Source: a virus
Taxonomy: Duplodnaviria > Heunggongvirae > Uroviricota > Caudoviricetes
DNA length: 5,037 nucleotides
IMG/VR virus record: IMGVR_UViG_2548876947_000005
Strand: one strand, 5' to 3'
Shown: piece by piece, positions 1 to 5,037 of the stretch
Numbering within the stretch: the stretch's first letter is position 1
How the letters are laid out: each line of letters starts with the position of its first letter
The notes under the pieces: generated by a model
The model's database searches: none
The model's input: only the letters and a program-made list of their open reading frames with translations
Told to the model about the DNA's origin: nothing
Translations under genes and position numbers: made by a program

Positions 1-56
1 GAAAACCGATACTGGAAAAACTCTAAAGCGGTGGCCAGTTTTTGTTGACCACTACA
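1..56 (+). mobile_element. Partial IS3-family insertion sequence (IS911-like), right-end terminal inverted repeat; body of the element lies left of the window
   Basis: Minus-strand reading of 21-56 is TGTAGTGGTCAACAAAAACTGGCCACCGCTTTAGAG. It shares TGTAGTGG, an 11-nt gap and TGGCCACC with the plus-strand sequence at 4982-5017 (24/36 identical by hand alignment). 5'-TG terminus is typical of IS3 family. Similarity to the IS911 right IR is from memory, not a search. Confidence 0.5.
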
Positions 57-96
57 AATCGTGGTGATTGGTCGCTGATGCAGAATGTTTTATGTG

Positions 97-117
97 AAAC
101 CGCCTCCGGGCGGTTTT
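97..117 (+). terminator. Intrinsic (rho-independent) terminator hairpin, possibly bidirectional
   Basis: AAACCGCC (97-104) / tccg loop / GGCGGTTT (109-116): GC-rich stem followed by TTTTG on the plus strand and preceded by an A-tract. Sits 19 nt after an in-frame TGA (76-78) of a plus-strand reading frame entering from the IS junction. Confidence 0.5.
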
Positions 118-976
118 GTCGCTCATGGAACATAAACAATCACGTCAGTGGCCGCTTTTTTTGAGCGGGTCCTTTCCGGTGATCCGGAGCGTTACGGGGC
201 GGAAGGCGCGCAGTTTTTCTCTATTTATGGAAATTTTCCGGTTTAAGGCGTTTCCGTTCTTCTTCGCCGTAACTTTATGTTTTTATTTAAAACACCACCT
301 GAAAAGAAAGGAAATGGAAAGCATTATTTGGGACTGAAAATGGCATGATCGTTTCCTTTCTCCTGAACTTGGGTTACTGAACACTTACTCTACTGTAGGA
401 ACTCGAAATGCAGAGCTATAAGGTAATGATGACGATTAAACTGAGAGGTTCGATTAGAAAAGTATCTGAATACTAGTAAATTTCGCGAGCTGACATTCTG
501 TATTTTTCATAGGAAACAGAATATTGGAAAAGATGCGCTTGTGCTCTCTACTGAGGGTCGGGAAATTCGTATTTGTGCCAGTTATTGTGGAAAGTAAAAG
601 CTCTGGTCTGCTGCAAATGATTTGCGTTGCTGTGTCTATCTGAATGTCAGGAGCGCGTATAGCGTCCAGTAATATGATGTTTGTAGTAGGGGCTTCTGTG
701 ACGATAGGCTACGTTGCTCAAATGCTATCCCCACAATCTTGTGGGTAGCCGAGTAAGCAAGATACTGATAACAAGGCATTCTATGCATTTGGTGGTGTAA
801 CGAATACAACCGGCCAAGGGGATCTTGTTCTGCTGGCTTATGGTCAACGCCGAATCGGTGGTACTATCATTTCTGCGAGCATCTACCTTGAAGATAACAC
901 GTAAAAATGTTCGACGAAGCGCTAGCCAAGGAAAAATAATGGAAATGAGTAATATCGGGAGCTAAACTTGGTTGGT

Positions 977-1017
977 AATACAAGTTGCAGGTGTGTATTT
1001 ACATAGCAACTTGTATT
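977..1017. repeat. Perfect 12-bp inverted repeat with 17-nt spacer (RNA hairpin or palindromic protein-binding site)
   Basis: AATACAAGTTGC (977-988) and GCAACTTGTATT (1006-1017) are exact reverse complements; spacer AGGTGTGTATTTACATA. Lies 54 nt beyond the stop of the minus-strand 253-aa gene. No U-tract follows on the minus strand; only a weak T-rich tail on the plus strand. Confidence 0.6.
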
Positions 1018-1070
1018 TCACTAACGGATGTTTGACCGAAATTTAATCAGTTGAGGTTAAAAATTAGGTA

Positions 1071-1832
1071 TTATTTGTTTGACAAGTTTTGCCATGTTTG
1101 AATGAGGAAAACTGACATGCTTCCTGCAAGATTAACAGCTAAAAGAGCATGTCGATCAGCAGGTTTTATTGGTTTTTTCCCTATGCCATGAGCATCGCCA
1201 TATTTATTACGTAAATTGCCAAGGCCATTTACCACAGATGAGCAACCTTTAAGTATCTGCTTAAAAATCTGTTCTCCGTGCTGATCTGGAGCCAAATTAA
1301 GTGCTTTGGATGTTAGTTTATAAAGTTCACTCATGTCTAGATTTCTATCATAAGTAATACTTAAATCATCAAGAATGTGTTTACAAACCGTCTCAAGCAA
1401 TGTTCTAGATGCTGTAATAGCCCCTTCAGGATCGTTGTTTCTTCTGTCTAGAGCTTTTGCCCAAGCTTCATTCACGCCACACTCATCATAGCTTCTTAAT
1501 CCGTCAGTTATGTGAACATCCGAAGGCGTAGCATGATTCTCTTCGAAATAATCGAATAACGGTGTGAATTCAGTTGAGATGAAGTACTCGCGCTCTTTAT
1601 ATGTTGGGAACTTCTGCTGTATGAATCCCCAAAATTTTTTTAGGCTTCTGTTTTCTCTTACGAATGCAGGAAGCAACAGTTTTAATACAGAGTTTTGTAT
1701 AAAGTACGATCTAAGAGAAATATAATTTTCACTATTATCTCGAGGTCCTCCTCGAGCAACCTTAATTAATAAGTTCTCTAAATGTCTAGCTCGTTCCTGA
1801 TCCGACGAAAACTCATTGAGAAAATTATCCAT
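1071..1832 (-). CDS. HEPN-type Abi_C / AbiJ-like abortive-infection family protein, 253 aa (candidate RNase toxin or defence effector)
   Basis: Long minus-strand ORF with ATG at 1832-1830 and SD AAGGGG 7 nt upstream (plus coords 1840-1845), TAA stop at 1073-1071. C-terminal region has a helical HEPN-like layout with R-x6-H motif RNKYGDAHG (residues ~208-216, plus coords 1188-1211), consistent with the Rx4-6H HEPN signature and with the Abi_C family as I recall it. Strongly AT-rich, unlike the adjacent phage genes. Family assignment is by recall, not HMM. Confidence 0.6.
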   Translation of the reverse strand: MDNFLNEFSSDQERARHLENLLIKVARGGPRDNSENYISLRSYFIQNSVLKLLLPAFVRENRSLKKFWGFIQQKFPTYKEREYFISTEFTPLFDYFEENHATPSDVHITDGLRSYDECGVNEAWAKALDRRNNDPEGAITASRTLLETVCKHILDDLSITYDRNLDMSELYKLTSKALNLAPDQHGEQIFKQILKGCSSVVNGLGNLRNKYGDAHGIGKKPIKPADRHALLAVNLAGSMSVFLIQTWQNLSNK

Positions 1833-1876
1833 TTTAGGACCCCTTACACTTTTTCTATGGACTATACCAGTGATAG

Positions 1877-2062
1877 CTACCGCTTGCCTCCAGCATCTCT
1901 GACCCCGTAAGCATGGCCTTGATCGTAAGGTTTTGAACCCGTTTCAAGTACAATTCTTGGAGCTTTTGGGGGTAAAACATTGCCCTGAACCGAACGAAAG
2001 CCATCTCGATATCCTTGCTCAAATTCTTCTCTACGGGTTTGAACATCAACTGAATTAGTCAT
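1877..2062 (-). CDS. Small hypothetical protein, 61 aa, Gly/Arg/Asp-rich; likely first gene of a two-gene operon with the HEPN-like gene
   Basis: ATG at 2062-2060 with canonical SD AAGGAG (plus coords 2069-2074) and 6-nt spacer; TAG stop at 1879-1877, 44 nt before the next start. By hand count about 17 of 61 third codon positions are G/C while overall GC is near 47%, a coding-like bias in this frame. No recognisable family. Confidence 0.4.
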   Translation of the reverse strand: MTNSVDVQTRREEFEQGYRDGFRSVQGNVLPPKAPRIVLETGSKPYDQGHAYGVRDAGGKR

Positions 2063-2134
2063 TAATAACTCCTTACATATCCTGTGTATTGCATGATGTA
2101 TTGCAACGGTTCGTTTTGGAAGTAATTCTGAAGC

Positions 2135-2143
2135 ATATTATCA
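2135..2143 (-). promoter_or_regulatory. Candidate extended -10 promoter element (TGaTAATAT on minus strand) for the two-gene cassette
   Basis: Minus-strand sequence TGATAATAT about 70 nt upstream of the 61-aa ORF start. No good -35 (AGGATG at 17-nt spacing). Weak, sequence-only call. Confidence 0.2.
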
Positions 2144-2183
2144 CTAAAAATCATTCACATCCTTTCATATTTGACTCATGTAA

Positions 2184-2972
2184 CCCAAGCATGAGGTGAA
2201 TCCGCAGATGACTCTGCGTCGCCTGCCGGATGAAGATCCACAGAATCTGGCGGACCCGGCTTACCGCCGCCGTCGCATCATCCTGCAGAACATGCGAGAC
2301 GAAGAGCTGGCCATTGCTCAGGTCGAAGAGATGCAGGCCGTTTCTGCCGTGCTCAGGGGCAAATACACCATGACCGGTGAAGCCTTCGATCCGGTTGAGG
2401 TGGATATGGGCCGCAGTGCGGCGAACAACATCACACAGTCCGGCGGCACGGAGTGGAGCAAGCGTGACAAGTCCACGTATGACCCGACCGACGATATTGA
2501 AGCCTACGCGCTGAATGCCAGCGGTGTGGTGAATATCATCGTGTTTGATCCGAAAGGCTGGGCGCTGTTCCGTTCCTTCAAAGCTGTCAGGGAGAAGCTG
2601 GATACCCGTCGCGGCTCTAATTCCGAGCTGGAGACAGCGGTAAAAGACCTGGGTAAAGCGGTGTCCTATAAGGGGATGTATGGCGATGTGGCCATCGTCG
2701 TGTATTCCGGACAGTACGTGGAAAACGGCGTCAAAAAGAACTTCCTGCCGGACAACACGATGGTACTGGGGAACACTCAGGCACGCGGTCTGCGCACCTA
2801 TGGCTGCATTCAGGATGCGGACGCACAGCGCGAAGGCATTAACGCCTCTGCCCGCTACCCGAAAAACTGGGTGACCACCGGCGATCCGGCGCGTGAGTTC
2901 ACCATGATTCAGTCAGCACCGCTGATGCTGCTGGCTGACCCTGATGAGTTCGTGTCCGTACAACTGGCGTAA
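2184..2972 (+). pseudogene. E: Lambda-like major capsid protein E, 5'-truncated (C-terminal ~262 codons only)
   Basis: Translation PKHEVNPQMTLRRLPDEDPQNLADPAYRRRR...DPDEFVSVQLA matches the C-terminal two-thirds of phage lambda gpE nearly residue for residue. The frame opens right after an in-frame TAA at 2181-2183. The ~80 N-terminal codons are absent and no SD precedes GTG 2196 or ATG 2208. TAA stop at 2970-2972. Confidence 0.85.
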
Positions 2973-3013
2973 TCATGGCCCTTCGGGGCCATTGTTTCTC
3001 TGTGGAGGAGTCC

Positions 3014-3412
3014 ATGACGAAAGATGAACTGATTGCCCGTCTCCGCTCCCTGGGTGAACAACTGAACCGTGATGTCAGCCTGACGGGGACGAAAGAAGAA
3101 CTGGCGCTCCGTGTGGCAGAGCTGGAAGAGGAGCTTGATGACACGGATGACGCTGCGGGTCAGGATACCCCTCCCGGCCCGGAAAATGTGCTGACCGGGC
3201 ATGAAAATGAGGTGGTATCAGCGCAGCCGGACACCGTGATTCAGGATACGGCTGAACTGGCCACGGTCGTGGCACTGGTGACGCTGCATACTGATGCACT
3301 TCACGCCACGCGGGATGAACCTGTGGCATTTGTGCTGCCGGGAACGGCATTTCGTGTCTCTGCCGGTGTGGCAGCCGAAATGACAGAACGTGGCCTGGCC
3401 AGAATGCAATAA
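3014..3412 (+). CDS. FI: Lambda-like DNA-packaging / head assembly protein FI (132 aa)
   Basis: ATG at 3014 preceded by SD GGAGGAG (3004-3010). Translation MTKDELIARLRSLGEQLNRDVSLTGTKEELALRVAEL...ERGLARMQ is near-identical to lambda gpFI as recalled. The six-frame ORF 2975-3412 is the same frame extended upstream. Confidence 0.9.
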   Translation: MTKDELIARLRSLGEQLNRDVSLTGTKEELALRVAELEEELDDTDDAAGQDTPPGPENVLTGHENEVVSAQPDTVIQDTAELATVVALVTLHTDALHATRDEPVAFVLPGTAFRVSAGVAAEMTERGLARMQ

Positions 3413-3423
3413 CGGGAGGCGCT

Positions 3424-3777
3424 GTGGCTGATTTCGATAACCTGTTCGATGCTGCCATTGCCCGCGCCGATGAAACGATACGCGGGTACATGGGAACGTC
3501 AGCCACCATGACATCCGGTGAGCAGTCCGGCGCAGTAATACGTGGTGTTTTTGATGACCCTGAAAATATCAGCTATGCCGGACAGGGCGTACGTGTTGAA
3601 GGCTCCTGCCCGTCCCTGTTTGTCCGGACTGATGATGTGCGGCAGCTGCGGCGCGGCGACACGCTGACCATCGGTGAGGAAAACTTCTGGATAGACCGGA
3701 TTTCACCGGATGATGGCGGAAGCTGTCATCTCTGGCTTGGGCGTGGCGTGCCGCCTGCCGTTAACCGTCGTCGCTGA
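3424..3777 (+). CDS. FII: Lambda-like head completion / head-tail joining protein FII (117 aa)
   Basis: GTG start at 3424 with SD GGGAGG (3414-3419). Translation MADFDNLFDAAIARADETIRGYMGTSAT...GVPPAVNRRR matches lambda gpFII. Confidence 0.9.
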   Translation: MADFDNLFDAAIARADETIRGYMGTSATMTSGEQSGAVIRGVFDDPENISYAGQGVRVEGSCPSLFVRTDDVRQLRRGDTLTIGEENFWIDRISPDDGGSCHLWLGRGVPPAVNRRR

Positions 3778-3788
3778 AAGGAGGAGGT

Positions 3789-4322
3789 ATGGCCATAAAA
3801 GGTCTTGAGCAGGCCGTTGAAAACCTCAGCCGTATCAGCAAAACGGCAGTGCCCGGTGCCTCCGCAATGGCCATTAACCGCGTGGCCACAACGGCAATGA
3901 ATCAGTCGGCGTCACAGGTTGCCCGTGAGACAAAGGTGCGGCGAAAACTGGTAAAGGAAAGGGCCAGACTGAAAAAGGCCACGGTCAAAAATCCGCACGT
4001 AAAAATCATTGTTAACCGCGGTGATTTACCTGTCATCAAACTGGGGATACGGATCACCGGAAGTCGTCCCAACAGTACGCTACGGGCCGGTCAGCATCGT
4101 TATCAGCGGGCATTTATCCAGCGATTAAAAAATGGTCGCTGGCATGTCATGCAGCGTGTGGCCGGGAAAAACCGTTACCCCATTGATGTGGTGAAAATCC
4201 CGATGGCGGTGCCGCTGACCACGGCGTTTAAACAGAATATTGAACAGATACGGCGTGAACGTTTGCCGAAAGAACTGGAATACGCCCTGAAACAACAACT
4301 GAGGATTGCGATAAAGCGATGA
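3789..4322 (+). CDS. Z: Lambda-like tail completion protein Z (177 aa)
   Basis: ATG at 3789 with SD AAAGGAGGAGG immediately upstream. N- and C-terminal regions (MAIKGLEQAVENLSRISKTAVPG..., ...GRWHVMQRVAGKNRYPIDVVKIPMAVPLTTAFKQNIE...) match lambda gpZ; the central part looks divergent from my recollection of lambda. Confidence 0.85.
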   Translation: MAIKGLEQAVENLSRISKTAVPGASAMAINRVATTAMNQSASQVARETKVRRKLVKERARLKKATVKNPHVKIIVNRGDLPVIKLGIRITGSRPNSTLRAGQHRYQRAFIQRLKNGRWHVMQRVAGKNRYPIDVVKIPMAVPLTTAFKQNIEQIRRERLPKELEYALKQQLRIAIKR

Positions 4323-4714
4323 AACATACTGAACTCCGTGCAGCCGTACTGGATGCACTGGAGAAGCATGACACCGGGGCGACGCTTTTTGATGGTCGCC
4401 CCGCTGTTTTTGATGAGGCGGATTTTCCGGCAGTTGCCGTTTATCTCACCGGCGCTGAATACACGGGCGAAGAGCTGGACAGCGATACCTGGCAGGCGGA
4501 GCTGCATATTGAAGTTTTCCTGCCTGCTCAGGTGCCGGATTCAGAGCTGGATTCGTGGATGGAGTCCCGGATTTATCCGGTGATGAGCGATGTCCCGGCA
4601 CTGTCAGATTTGATCACCAGTATGGTGGCCAGTGGCTATGACTACCGGCGCGACGATGATGCGGGCCTGTGGAGTTCAGCCGATCTGACTTATGTCATTA
4701 CCTATGAAATGTGA
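4319..4714 (+). CDS. U: Lambda-like tail tube terminator protein U (131 aa)
   Basis: ATG at 4319 overlaps the Z stop (ATGA, translational coupling). Translation [54 protein letters not shown]...LTYVITYEM matches lambda gpU. Confidence 0.9.
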   Translation: MKHTELRAAVLDALEKHDTGATLFDGRPAVFDEADFPAVAVYLTGAEYTGEELDSDTWQAELHIEVFLPAQVPDSELDSWMESRIYPVMSDVPALSDLITSMVASGYDYRRDDDAGLWSSADLTYVITYEM

Positions 4715-4721
4715 GGACGAT

Positions 4722-4997
4722 ATGCCTGTACCAAATCCAGTAATGCCGGTGAAAGGGGCCGGGACCACCCTGTGGGTTTATAAGGGGAACGGTGACCCTT
4801 ATGCGAACCCGCTTTCAGACGTTGACTGGTCGCGTCTGGCTAAAGTTAAAGACCTGACGCCCGGCGAACTGAGCGCTGAGTCCTATGACGACAGCTATCT
4901 CGATGATGAAGATGCGGACTGGACTGCGACCGGGCAGGGGCAGAAATCTGCCGGAGATACCAGCTTCACGCTGGCGTGGATTGTAGTGGCACAGTAA
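4722..4997 (+). pseudogene. V: Lambda-like major tail protein V, 3'-truncated by IS insertion (N-terminal ~86 codons plus 5 junction-derived codons)
   Basis: ATG at 4722 with SD GAGGA (4713-4717). Translation [50 protein letters not shown]...DTSFTLAW matches the N-terminus of lambda gpV (about 246 aa in lambda). Similarity stops at ~4981, where the IS-like repeat begins; the frame then reads IVVAQ and stops at TAA 4995-4997. Confidence 0.8.
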
Positions 4998-5037
4998 GTT
5001 TGGCCACCTGATTAAAGGTGATATTCTCACCTCAACA
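4982..5037 (+). mobile_element. Partial IS3-family insertion sequence (IS911-like), left-end terminal inverted repeat; element continues beyond the window end
   Basis: Plus strand from 4982 reads TGTAGTGGCACAGTAAGTTTGGCCACCTGATTAAAGGTGATATTCTCACC..., sharing TGTAGTGG-N11-TGGCCACC with the inverted sequence at 21-56. Begins with 5'-TG. Starts exactly where homology to lambda V ends. Confidence 0.5.

Noticed and set aside
116-337. Six-frame ORF, 73 aa, plus strand
   Set aside because: Starts at TTG inside the terminator stem, has no SD, and has unusual Phe-rich low-complexity composition; more likely a chance ORF in a GC-mixed non-coding stretch.
338-1070. Possible type III toxin-antitoxin RNA repeats or a CRISPR array in the ORF-poor tract
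   Set aside because: Reading by eye I found no tandem direct repeats of any regular period, only isolated palindromes, so there is no support for a repeat-RNA antitoxin or a CRISPR array. A proper repeat finder would be needed to exclude short degenerate repeats.
1079-1113. Perfect TTGACA hexamer (1079-1084) as a plus-strand promoter -35
   Set aside because: It lies inside the 3' end of the 253-aa coding region and has no acceptable -10 at 16-19 bp spacing.
1855-2049. Alternative-frame ORF (64 aa, minus strand) overlapping the 61-aa ORF
   Set aside because: No Shine-Dalgarno before its TTG/ATG start, whereas the overlapping 1877-2062 frame has a canonical AAGGAG and coding-like third-position bias. 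Only one of the two is likely real.
2184-2972. Intron or homing-endonuclease interruption of the capsid gene as explanation for the missing 5' part of E
   Set aside because: No upstream E exon exists anywhere in 57-2183 on the plus strand, and the adjacent genes are on the opposite strand with their own SD sites. Truncation by rearrangement is the simpler explanation.
2680-3514. Several ORFs embedded in or antisense to E, FI and FII (2680-2874 +, 2899-3144 -, 2909-3202 -, 3075-3509 -, 3218-3514 -)
   Set aside because: They lie within or opposite well-supported lambda-like genes, have Arg/Ser/Pro/His-rich shadow-ORF composition typical of GC-rich antisense frames, and lack start signals.
4125-4583. 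ORFs antisense to or out of frame with Z and U (4125-4358 -, 4175-4507 -, 4338-4583 +)
   Set aside because: Shadow or overlapping frames of the Z and U genes; no independent support.
4815-5030. Minus-strand ORF (71 aa) across the V fragment and IS end
   Set aside because: Antisense to the V coding sequence and running into the IS terminal repeat; no SD; most likely spurious.

Overview
The window is a mosaic of three parts. (1) Both edges carry related ~36-bp terminal inverted repeats of an IS3-family (IS911-like) insertion sequence (left copy ends at ~56, right copy begins at ~4982), so the ~4.9 kb between them is IS-bracketed. (2) Positions ~120-2183 are AT-rich, non-phage DNA: a ~0.95 kb tract with no convincing ORF, then a minus-strand two-gene cassette with strong Shine-Dalgarno sites, encoding a 61-aa small protein and a 253-aa protein whose C-terminal domain looks like a HEPN / Abi_C (AbiJ-like) abortive-infection domain with an R-x6-H motif (RNKYGDAHG). 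(3) Positions 2184-4981 are a lambda-like head-completion/tail block in lambda order: a 5'-truncated major capsid gene E, then FI, FII, Z, U and a 3'-truncated major tail gene V cut by the right-hand IS. The prophage is therefore a defective remnant. The most interesting candidate is the HEPN-like cassette, which has the hallmarks of a toxin/abortive-infection defence module; its function is inferred, not demonstrated. All calls are from reading the sequence and recalled family features; no database search was run.
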